Shown in pieces: positions 54,696 to 62,713 of a stretch of DNA of 64,000 nucleotides; position 1 is the stretch's first letter; each line of letters opens with the position of its first letter. The notes below the pieces were generated by a model that saw only the letters and a list, made by a program, of their open reading frames with translations, did not search any database and was not told the DNA's origin. Origin of the DNA: Candidatus Staskawiczbacteria bacterium (lineage in GTDB: Bacteria; Patescibacteriota; Minisyncoccia; Minisyncoccales; Staskawiczbacteraceae). The translations under genes and the position numbers were made by a program. The stretch is from NCBI GenBank assembly GCA_026395215.1, contig JAPLZC010000009.1, forward strand, positions 8,711 through 72,710, written 5' to 3'.

Positions 54696-55433
54696 TTGGT
54701 TACAGTGAAAAATGCAAAAGACATGATATGGGTAGCGGTTGACGTTTCAACCCAGGCAGAAGCGATTGGTCAAATCAAAACCCTGGTTGACAACGGCATA
54801 AGAAGAATCAAGTTGGGGCTTGAGCTTCTTTCAACAGGGGACCGGGAAAGTGTGATTCACTTCGCACAGCTATCCGGGTGCGAGGTTTTTTACGACGGGA
54901 AGTTTGACGACATTCCCCACACGGTTGGCGCGGCGGCAAAAGTTGTCGCTAGTCGTGGAGTGGCAATGTTCAACGTTCATGCTTCGGCTGGGCGTAAAGC
55001 CATGGAAGCGGCGGTAGCGAACAAGGGTCAAAGCAATGTTCTTGTTGTGACCCTGCTCACTTCTCTGAGCAAAGAAGACCTCCGCGATTTGGGATATCCG
55101 GAATCCATAAGCAAAGACGTTGTCGTACGAGCGATGGCGTCCTGCGCTGCTGAGTGTAAGGTAGATGGTATCATCTGCTCGGCTCAGGAAGCCCAGTTGG
55201 TGCGATCTGTTATGCCACAAGGCATGATTGTCACGCCGGCGATTCGGCCTGTTTGGGCAGTAGTCGGCGATCAGAAGCGTCCGACAACTCCGACTGATGC
55301 AATCAAGGCTGGCGCAACGGATTTGGTTATTGGACGACCCATCACAAATCCTCCGCCGGAAATCGGTTCTCCTACAGAAGCTCTGAAGCGAATCGTTGAC
55401 GAAATCGCCGAGGCTATGCAAGTTACACCGTAA
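54696..55433 (+). CDS. pyrF: Orotidine-5'-phosphate decarboxylase
   Basis: VAVD, FYDGKFDDIPHTV (DxKxxDIPxT box), LVIGRPIT. Start is ambiguous: TTG 54696, GTG 54705 or ATG 54723. Confidence 0.8.
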   Translation: MVTVKNAKDMIWVAVDVSTQAEAIGQIKTLVDNGIRRIKLGLELLSTGDRESVIHFAQLSGCEVFYDGKFDDIPHTVGAAAKVVASRGVAMFNVHASAGRKAMEAAVANKGQSNVLVVTLLTSLSKEDLRDLGYPESISKDVVVRAMASCAAECKVDGIICSAQEAQLVRSVMPQGMIVTPAIRPVWAVVGDQKRPTTPTDAIKAGATDLVIGRPITNPPPEIGSPTEALKRIVDEIAEAMQVTP

Positions 55434-55461
55434 TCTCACAAACCAGAAAGGAAACAGAACA

Positions 55462-56187
55462 ATGAGAACACCACAAACAATTACCGATTTGCTTCGGCTG
55501 AAATTTGGTGGATTGGGAAGTTTCCCAACACCAGAAGAGGTCCTGACATGGTTTAACCTGTTACAAGCCGGTTGGGTTCATAACGGGGATCCCAAGAAGC
55601 CTCATGCGGTGCTTCATTCCGGTTTACATAGTACAGGATTTTTTCTTTGCAAGCGTGTGCTGGCATACGGCAACCTGCGGGAAATCCTGGCAGAATGTAT
55701 CGTAAACAAGCTCTATACCGCCGGTGGTGAGAGCTTCATGAAAAGTATTGGAGGCGTATTTGGCTCACCGTATTCCTCCATTCTTTTGGCTGGCGACATC
55801 GCTCGGTTGATGGAGGTGAAGGTTTACGTGCCCGAGAAAGATCCGGCCGATCCTGACGGCAAGAAGATGCGCTTCAAGCCCGATGATCCGATTCCTGCTG
55901 GCACAATACTTCTGCAAATCGAGGAGCTCGTTACCAAGTTTGACAGTGGTGACGCAACTAAACAGGCAATTATCGACGGCAATTCTAATCCGGTGGAATT
56001 CGCCAAGTTCGTCGGTGTATTGGTGTATCGTCCGCCGGAGATTGCCCCCGAGCTACCTGACGGTCGCACAATCATACCATTCATTCAGAAGCGCGTGGAT
56101 GCTTGGGATCCCAAGTATTGTCCACTTTGCAGTAAAGGCTCAAAAGTGGTTTCTCCCAAAACCAACTGGGCTGAGCTCACTGCTTAA
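55462..56187 (+). CDS. Type I phosphoribosyltransferase, orotate PRTase-like, with a C-terminal CPLC motif
   Basis: HAVLHSGLHSTGFF resembles the PyrE F-L-SG-S box. ILLQIEELVTKFDSG is a degenerate PRPP loop. Start moved to ATG 55462 behind a GAAAGGAAA SD. Confidence 0.5.
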   Translation: MRTPQTITDLLRLKFGGLGSFPTPEEVLTWFNLLQAGWVHNGDPKKPHAVLHSGLHSTGFFLCKRVLAYGNLREILAECIVNKLYTAGGESFMKSIGGVFGSPYSSILLAGDIARLMEVKVYVPEKDPADPDGKKMRFKPDDPIPAGTILLQIEELVTKFDSGDATKQAIIDGNSNPVEFAKFVGVLVYRPPEIAPELPDGRTIIPFIQKRVDAWDPKYCPLCSKGSKVVSPKTNWAELTA

Positions 56188-56217
56188 GTCTTCAACACAA
56201 CAAATAATTATCTCAAT

Positions 56218-56257
56218 GGTCCTTTGTCGCACTCGCGGCACTGGACCTCTTTTTTTG
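56218..56257 (+). terminator. Intrinsic terminator at the island end
   Basis: GGTCC...GGACC stem followed by a T-run. Confidence 0.55.
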
Positions 56258-56300
56258 GATGGGACTTGATTTAATTTTATAAGTGATTAAGATATAGATA

Positions 56301-57842
56301 ATGGGAAAAGTTAAGAAATTGAAGAAAAAAATAATTCGGCGCGGGAAAACTAAAAAATTGGTGAAGACCAGGAAGATTTTGAATAGGAAAAAAAGAAACC
56401 CGACAAAAGGCCGGAAGGGTATTTTGACGGGCCCGTCACAATCTCGCCGAAGGCGAGTTTGGTCGGGAAAGAAAAAGATTGTTGTTCGGAAAAAGACAGT
56501 TAAAAAAATAAAGCAAGTTAAAAAAGTTGTGAGGAGGGATGAAGGGTTTCCGGTGGAGGCTTTGTTTAAGGCGAAGATTAAGGTTATTGGAGTTGGCGGA
56601 GGGGGAGGGTCAATTGTTTCTGAAATTGGAAGGTCTTTGGAAAAGGCAACATTTGTTGTTGCAGATACAGACATTAGAGCTTTAAAAAAGAAAGCGGGAA
56701 TAAAATATTTTTGGTTTGGCGAAGAGCTGACTCACGGTTTGGGAACAGGGGTAAATGTTGAATTGGCAAAACAGGCAGCCGAATCGGCAAGGGGGAAAAT
56801 AAGCGGATTTTTTAAGGATCAGGATATTATAATTTTTGTTGCTTCTTTGGGTGGAGGACTGGGTTCTGGAGCCACTCAGGTTTTTGCTGAAGCCGCAAAA
56901 GAATTTGGCGGGATTACTTTTGGCATTTTTACAATGCCTTTTAAATTTGAGGGCAAAAATAAATACCGTATAGCGCAAAACGCCTTAAAAATATTAAAAC
57001 AATCGTTGAATGTTTCGCTGGTTATTCCTAATGAAAAGATTTTTAAAATTATTGATAGCTCAACTCCAATCACAAATGCTTTTTCAACTGTTAATATAAG
57101 TTTGATAGGATCTTTAGAAAGTTTAATAGACTTAATTTACAATCCTGGAGTTATAAATATAGATTTTGCCGATTTGCGTACAATTTTAAGAGGCAGGGGA
57201 AATTCGGCCTTTTTGAATACTATTGAGGAGTTTGGTAAAGATAGAGTGGAAAAAACTTGCGAAAATATTTTTAAAAATCCCTTGCTACAGAATAGCAGTT
57301 TTAAAGCTGATAAAATTTTGTTTGACATTGCCGGTTCAGAAAATCTTTCAATGTTTGAGGTGCAAAAAATAAGCAGTCATATTGCTAATTTAAATCCTAC
57401 GGCAAAAATTATTTTTGGAATCTCCAAAGATCATAAATTAAAAAATAAAATAAAGACGACAATTTTAATGACTGGGTTACCCTCTGGGTCACAGGTTAAG
57501 GAAGAAATTACTAAGGCTATTACAGTCAAGGAAATAGAACCAGTAAAAGCAGTTGCTGTTAAAAAGAAAAAATTAGTACCGAGTAAAAAGACAAAAGAGA
57601 AAAAGTCTGTTTCTTTTATTCCTGTTTTTGAGACATCCAGGCCTTCAATTTCAGTTTCGGAACAAAAAGTGGATATTATTCAAAACGTGGAAAAAAAAGG
57701 CCTACCTGCTAGCAGGCAGGCAATAAGGAGAAGCGGTTTAGAAATTAAGGAGGCCGAGGAATTGGAGGAAAAAAAGAAAGTAGACCAAGAAAAAGAATGG
57801 GAAATCCCAGCATTTTTAAGGAAAGTAAAATTCAAGAGCTAG
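56301..57842 (+). CDS. ftsZ: Cell division protein FtsZ with a roughly 90-aa polybasic N-terminal extension
   Basis: IKVIGVGGGGGSIVSEI, SLGGGLGSGATQVF. C-terminal WEIPAFLRK peptide. Confidence 0.92.
   Translation: MGKVKKLKKKIIRRGKTKKLVKTRKILNRKKRNPTKGRKGILTGPSQSRRRRVWSGKKKIVVRKKTVKKIKQVKKVVRRDEGFPVEALFKAKIKVIGVGGGGGSIVSEIGRSLEKATFVVADTDIRALKKKAGIKYFWFGEELTHGLGTGVNVELAKQAAESARGKISGFFKDQDIIIFVASLGGGLGSGATQVFAEAAKEFGGITFGIFTMPFKFEGKNKYRIAQNALKILKQSLNVSLVIPNEKIFKIIDSSTPITNAFSTVNISLIGSLESLIDLIYNPGVINIDFADLRTILRGRGNSAFLNTIEEFGKDRVEKTCENIFKNPLLQNSSFKADKILFDIAGSENLSMFEVQKISSHIANLNPTAKIIFGISKDHKLKNKIKTTILMTGLPSGSQVKEEITKAITVKEIEPVKAVAVKKKKLVPSKKTKEKKSVSFIPVFETSRPSISVSEQKVDIIQNVEKKGLPASRQAIRRSGLEIKEAEELEEKKKVDQEKEWEIPAFLRKVKFKS
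56396..56467 (+). repeat. Intragenic roughly 70-nt palindromic element, copy in ftsZ
   Basis: AAACCCGACAAAAGG...TTTTGACGGGCCCGTCACAAT-CTCGCC-gaa-GGCGAG-TTTGGTCGGG. Homologous to 59554-59623. Confidence 0.8.
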
Positions 57843-57973
57843 TAAGGACATCAAAAACACCAGAAACATGTAGGTAAATAAAACAACATAAGCAGCTCGC
57901 ACCCTTCTTTGGGAAAATATATAAAAGGCTGTAAAGTTTAAGAGCTAATAAAAACATCAAAAACACAAAAAAT

Positions 57974-58879
57974 ATGTCAGATGAAAAAAAACCTGCTAAC
58001 GCAGGAGGTGAAATAAAAAAAATAATCATTCCTGTTGCCGGTCTTGGCACCAGGTTTTTGCCGTTGTCTAGGGCAATTTCCAAAGATTTTTTCCCCTTGG
58101 TTGATAAACCTGTTATCCAATATATTATTGAAGAAGCAAAAAAATCCGGCATTAAAGAAATTGTTTTTGTGACAAGCCCAGGCCAGAAAACAATTTTTAA
58201 TTATTTTAAAAAATCTCCCGAGCTGGAAGCAACTCTTGTAAAGAGAAAGAAAGATAAAATATTAAAGGAAATGAAGGAATTTGAGGAAATATTTGAAGGT
58301 ATTTCTTTTTCTCATGTTGTGCAGAAAAAACCTCTCGGTGACGGACACGCTATTTTGCAGGCGGCAAAGGTAATAAATAATGAGGCGGTGGCTGTTTCAT
58401 TTGGCGACGATGTTGTTGATGCAGACGAGCCGGCAATATTGCAACTGATAAACATTTTTAAAACATGTAATGCGCCGGTGGTGGCATTGAAACAGTTGCC
58501 GGCAGAAAAAGTTCCGGCATATGGAGTTGTTGCCGTGGAAAAAATTGCAAACCACTTGTATAAAATAAAAAAAATAGTGGAGAAACCAGATCCTTCGCAA
58601 ATTCCATCTAATCTTGTAATTGTTGGAAAATATGTTTTAACACTGGAAGTTTTTGACTACCTTAAAAAAGCAAAGCCATCGGCAAAAGGGGAAATAATTT
58701 TGGCTGAGGTTTTTGATAAAATGCTTTCCGACGGTAAGGTTATTTATGGTTGCGAGTTAAAAGGCGAGTGGCTAGAGTGCGGAGACAAATTAAAATGGCT
58801 TAAATCATTTTTTTATCTGGCGTTGAATGACCCAAGGTTTAAAGAAGAATTAAAACAGTATTTAAAAACAATAAAATAG
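57974..58879 (+). CDS. galU: UTP-glucose-1-phosphate uridylyltransferase
   Basis: IIPVAGLGTRFLPLSRAISKDFFPLVDKPVIQY. Confidence 0.88.
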   Translation: MSDEKKPANAGGEIKKIIIPVAGLGTRFLPLSRAISKDFFPLVDKPVIQYIIEEAKKSGIKEIVFVTSPGQKTIFNYFKKSPELEATLVKRKKDKILKEMKEFEEIFEGISFSHVVQKKPLGDGHAILQAAKVINNEAVAVSFGDDVVDADEPAILQLINIFKTCNAPVVALKQLPAEKVPAYGVVAVEKIANHLYKIKKIVEKPDPSQIPSNLVIVGKYVLTLEVFDYLKKAKPSAKGEIILAEVFDKMLSDGKVIYGCELKGEWLECGDKLKWLKSFFYLALNDPRFKEELKQYLKTIK

Positions 58880-58893
58880 CGTATAATAACTAA

Positions 58894-59880
58894 ATGATAT
58901 ACGATTTAATTATTATAGGCGGTGGTCCGGCTGGAATTACAGCTGGTATTTATGCTGGCAGACAGCGAATGAAAACTCTTTTAATGACAAAAGAGTATGG
59001 AGGGCAAATGGCCAGAAAAGCCACGGAGATTTGTAATTATCCTGGTTTTGATAAATGTACTGGCCCCGAACTTATAGAAAAATTTGTGAATCATTTAGAA
59101 AAGCAGGAATCTGTAGAAATAGAATTTTCTGAAGCGGAAAAAATCACAAAAGATGGCGCTGTTTTTACAGTTACTAGTACACAAAATAATAATTTTCAAG
59201 CAAAATCAATAATTATTGCCACTGGAGCAGACCCAAGGCCTTTGGAGGCTATAGGAGAAAAAGAATTCATTGGTAAGGGGGTTGGATATTGTGTAACTTG
59301 TGATGGGCCAATATTCAAAAACAAAGATGTAGTTATTGTTGGCGGAGGAAATGCCGGTTTTGAGGCTGCCTTATTTATGATAAATTATGCTAACAAGATT
59401 TATGTTTTAGAATATGGCCCACAAGTTAAAGCCGACCAAATAAATCAAAATGAAGCCAAAAAATCAGATAAAATTGAAGTTATTACCAACGCCCTTGTAA
59501 AAGAAATAAAGGGTAAGGATTTCGTAGAAGCTCTAGTTTATCGAGATGTTTCAAAACCCGACAAAAGCCAAGGGCATTTTGACGGGCCCGCCACAATGCC
59601 GGCGGAACCGGCTTTGGGTGGGGAAGAGAAAACTTTGCAAGTGCAAGGAGTTTTTATAGAAATTGGCACACAGCCTGCAACTTCTTTGGCAAAAGGATTG
59701 GTTGATTTTACAAAGAGAGATGAAATTATAATTGCCACGGAAACTTTTGCTACCAAAACCCCGGGTCTTTTTGCCGTGGGTGATTGCAATGCCGGTCCAT
59801 ATAAACAAATAGTCACAGCCGCCGGTGAAGGTTGTAAAGCCTCCCTAGCCGCCTACGATTATTTAAGAACATTAAAGTAA
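58894..59880 (+). CDS. trxB: Thioredoxin-disulfide reductase
   Basis: YDLIIIGGGPAGITAG, redox CVTCDG, VVGGGNAGFEAA, GDC...Q. Confidence 0.9.
   Translation: MIYDLIIIGGGPAGITAGIYAGRQRMKTLLMTKEYGGQMARKATEICNYPGFDKCTGPELIEKFVNHLEKQESVEIEFSEAEKITKDGAVFTVTSTQNNNFQAKSIIIATGADPRPLEAIGEKEFIGKGVGYCVTCDGPIFKNKDVVIVGGGNAGFEAALFMINYANKIYVLEYGPQVKADQINQNEAKKSDKIEVITNALVKEIKGKDFVEALVYRDVSKPDKSQGHFDGPATMPAEPALGGEEKTLQVQGVFIEIGTQPATSLAKGLVDFTKRDEIIIATETFATKTPGLFAVGDCNAGPYKQIVTAAGEGCKASLAAYDYLRTLK
59554..59623 (+). repeat. Intragenic roughly 70-nt palindromic element, copy in trxB
   Basis: AAACCCGACAAAAGCC...TTTTGACGGGCCCGCCACAAT-GCCGG-cggaa-CCGGC-TTTGGGTGGGG. Confidence 0.8.
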
Positions 59881-59881
59881 T

Positions 59882-61123
59882 ATGAGTAAAATAAAAAGTA
59901 TAGTTGCGAGAGAAATTGAAGATTCTAGAGGGAAACCTACGGTGGAGGTTGAGTTAGAAACCGAGCGCGGTGTTTTTGTTGCTTCTTGTCCGAGTGGGGC
60001 TTCAACGGGAGCGGGTGAGGCGTTGGAGTTGAGGGATGCAGATGGGCTAGGGGTTTCTGGCGCGATTAATAATATAAATAAAATTATTGCACCAAAACTT
60101 AAAGGGAAGGATGTATTAAATCAACAGGAAATTGATAGGACAATGCTTGATTTAGATGGGACAGAAAATAAATCTACTCTTGGAGCCAATGCAATTTTGC
60201 CTGTTTCTATGGCGGTTGCCAGGGCGGGAGCTGCTTTTAAAAAAGTCCCACTGTACAAACATTTGGCGGACTTATCGGGCAACAAAAACATGCTTTTTAT
60301 TCCGTTGCCAATGTTTAATATTTTAAATGGCGGCCGTCATGTGCACAAAGAACCGCATTTGGATATTCAGGAATTTATGATTGTTCCTAGTAAGAAAACA
60401 ATTGCTGAAAATTTGGTTTTATGCAATAAGGTTTTTAATAATTTAAAGGGTGAGATAGAAAAAGAGTTTGGTTCAGATCATCTTGATCTTGGTGATGAGG
60501 GTGGTTTTGCCCCGCCAATATCTTCTGTTGAGAGAGCGTTATTTTTATTGAAAGGAGCTGTTGGAGTGGAGAAAGATGTTAATTTTGCTTTAGATAGTGC
60601 AGCTTCAGAATTTTACGAGAACGGAAAGTATATTATAGAAAAAAATCAGCTTACCAGGTCGCAAATGATTGAATTTTATAAAAATCTGGCAAGTGAAGTT
60701 TCCCTGCCTGACGGCAGGCAGGCGATTATTTCTTTTGAGGATCCGTTTGCAGAAACAGATTGGGAGGGATTTAAGGAATTTACTGCAGAGATGGAAGGAA
60801 AAATAATAATAGGTGATGACCTAACAACAACCAACGTTAAAAAAATTAAAGAAGCGCATAGTAAACAGGCTATAAACGGGGTTTTGATAAAGTTAAATCA
60901 AATAGGGACGGTTACAGAAACTATAGAAGCAATAAATATGACTAAGTCTTTTAATTGGAAGGTGGCAGTATCTCATAGATCTGGAGAGACAATGGACAAT
61001 TTTATTGCCGACCTGGCCGTAGGCACCGGAGCAGACTTTCTAAAAGCCGGTTCCCCAGCCAAACCCGAAAGAATGATCAAATATCAAAGGTTATTAGAAA
61101 TAGAAAACGAATTCAAAAAATAA
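59882..61123 (+). CDS. eno: Enolase
   Basis: AREIEDSRGKPTVEVE, PSGASTGAGEALELRD, SHRSGET. Confidence 0.95.
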   Translation: MSKIKSIVAREIEDSRGKPTVEVELETERGVFVASCPSGASTGAGEALELRDADGLGVSGAINNINKIIAPKLKGKDVLNQQEIDRTMLDLDGTENKSTLGANAILPVSMAVARAGAAFKKVPLYKHLADLSGNKNMLFIPLPMFNILNGGRHVHKEPHLDIQEFMIVPSKKTIAENLVLCNKVFNNLKGEIEKEFGSDHLDLGDEGGFAPPISSVERALFLLKGAVGVEKDVNFALDSAASEFYENGKYIIEKNQLTRSQMIEFYKNLASEVSLPDGRQAIISFEDPFAETDWEGFKEFTAEMEGKIIIGDDLTTTNVKKIKEAHSKQAINGVLIKLNQIGTVTETIEAINMTKSFNWKVAVSHRSGETMDNFIADLAVGTGADFLKAGSPAKPERMIKYQRLLEIENEFKK

Positions 61124-62661
61124 TGGAAAGTAAAAGAAGAAAAATTATTTTGATAATACGCGATGGTTGGGGATACCGGAAGAGTGCCAAACAAAATGCG
61201 CTGACCAAAGTTTATGCCCCAATAAACTATGAGTTAATGAAAAAATATCCCAATACTTTACTCAAGGCTTCAGGTGAAGCTGTTGGTTTACCAAAGGGCT
61301 ATCAAGGAAATTCGGAAGTTGGGCATATGGCTATTGGAAGTGGTCGGGTTATTTTTCAGTCCTTGGCAAAAATTAGCAAATCAATCAAAGATGGAAGTTT
61401 TTATAATATTAAAGAATTTTTAGATGCAATTGAAAACTGCAAAAAAAATAAAACCAGTCTTCATTTGATAGGGCTTTTACAAACAGAGGGGGTGCACTCG
61501 CATATCGAACATTTATTTGCCTTGTTGGATTTATGTAAAAAACAAAATTTTAAAGACGTTTTTGTCCACGCAATTACCGATGGCCGAGATTCTCTTGTGA
61601 ATGATGGAGTCAAAAAAGTTAAATTATTGGAAGATAGGCTGAAGAAAATTGGTTTTGGTAAAATAGTAACTATTTCTGGCAGATATTATGCTATGGACAG
61701 GGATAAAAGATGGGACAGAACTAAAAAAGCATACGATTGTATTGTAAATTCCGATGGAGCAGAATTTACTAATGCGGTTTCTCAAATTAAAAATTGTTAT
61801 TTGCAAAATCAGACAGATGAATTTATTGTGCCTTGTAAATTAGCAGGATATTCCGGTGTTAAAGAGAGCGATTCAATAATATTTTTTAATTTCAGAACAG
61901 ATAGGACACGACAACTTACAGAGGCAATTGTTGAAAATAGTTTTACAGGTTGGGATAGGAAACCGTTAAATGTCTTTTTTGTTTGCATGACTCAATACTA
62001 TACTCCAATAAATGCCAGAGTTGCTTTTAAAGATGATAAGATAGAAAATATTTTAGGCGAGGTAATTTCTAAAGACGGGTTAAATCAATTACGAATTTCC
62101 GAAACAGAAAAATATGCGCATGTGACATTTTTCTTTAATTGTCAGACTGAAAGGCCGTTTATCGGAGAAGATAGAATTTTGATTCCTTCACCAAAAGTTG
62201 CCACATATGACCTAAAGCCTGAAATGAGCGCCTATGAACTTACTGATAAAATTGTTGAAGCGGTTAAAACAAATAAATACGATTTAATTGTAACAAATTT
62301 GGTTAATTGCGACATGGTGGGACATACAGGAATTATGAAAGCAATTTATTCAGCTGTTAAAACTGTAGATAATTGTGTTGGGAAAATTGTTGAAGAGGGA
62401 CTTTTGAATAAATACACAATTTTAGTTACCGCTGATCACGGAAACGCCGAAGACAAGACGGCTAAGAACAATACAAATCATACAAAAAATCCAGTGCCAT
62501 TTATTATTGTGTCGGACGAGCTTGAATTAAAAAGGGTAAAATTAAGAAAAAATGCGGGGTTATCTGATATTGCACCGACTATTCTTGCTCTTTACGGTCT
62601 AGAAAAACCCTTGAAGATGACAGGAGAAAATTTGATAAAAAATTATACACACTTGCAGTAA
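61123..62661 (+). CDS. gpmI: 2,3-bisphosphoglycerate-independent phosphoglycerate mutase
   Basis: IIRDGWG, NSEVGHMAIGSGR, ITDGRD, CDMVGHTG, TADHGNAE. Confidence 0.92.
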   Translation: MESKRRKIILIIRDGWGYRKSAKQNALTKVYAPINYELMKKYPNTLLKASGEAVGLPKGYQGNSEVGHMAIGSGRVIFQSLAKISKSIKDGSFYNIKEFLDAIENCKKNKTSLHLIGLLQTEGVHSHIEHLFALLDLCKKQNFKDVFVHAITDGRDSLVNDGVKKVKLLEDRLKKIGFGKIVTISGRYYAMDRDKRWDRTKKAYDCIVNSDGAEFTNAVSQIKNCYLQNQTDEFIVPCKLAGYSGVKESDSIIFFNFRTDRTRQLTEAIVENSFTGWDRKPLNVFFVCMTQYYTPINARVAFKDDKIENILGEVISKDGLNQLRISETEKYAHVTFFFNCQTERPFIGEDRILIPSPKVATYDLKPEMSAYELTDKIVEAVKTNKYDLIVTNLVNCDMVGHTGIMKAIYSAVKTVDNCVGKIVEEGLLNKYTILVTADHGNAEDKTAKNNTNHTKNPVPFIIVSDELELKRVKLRKNAGLSDIAPTILALYGLEKPLKMTGENLIKNYTHLQ

Positions 62662-62713
62662 TCTTTACATATACTATAATAAGTTATTAATAATTAAAAA
62701 TATAAATTAAAAT

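Noticed and set aside
23448-56257. Explaining the G+C-rich islands as assembly chimeras
   Set aside because: This is not excluded without reads, but I consider it less likely. Each island is flanked on both sides by AT-rich host genes. The transitions fall precisely at terminator/promoter boundaries, and the island promoters resemble host promoters (TTGACA...TTGGTAAnnT).
56396-56467. The roughly 70-nt intragenic element as an intein or self-splicing intron
   Set aside because: At about 24 codons it is far too short for an intein, and it lacks the Cys/Ser...His-Asn splice junction residues. It is also far too short for a group I or II intron and lacks their motifs.
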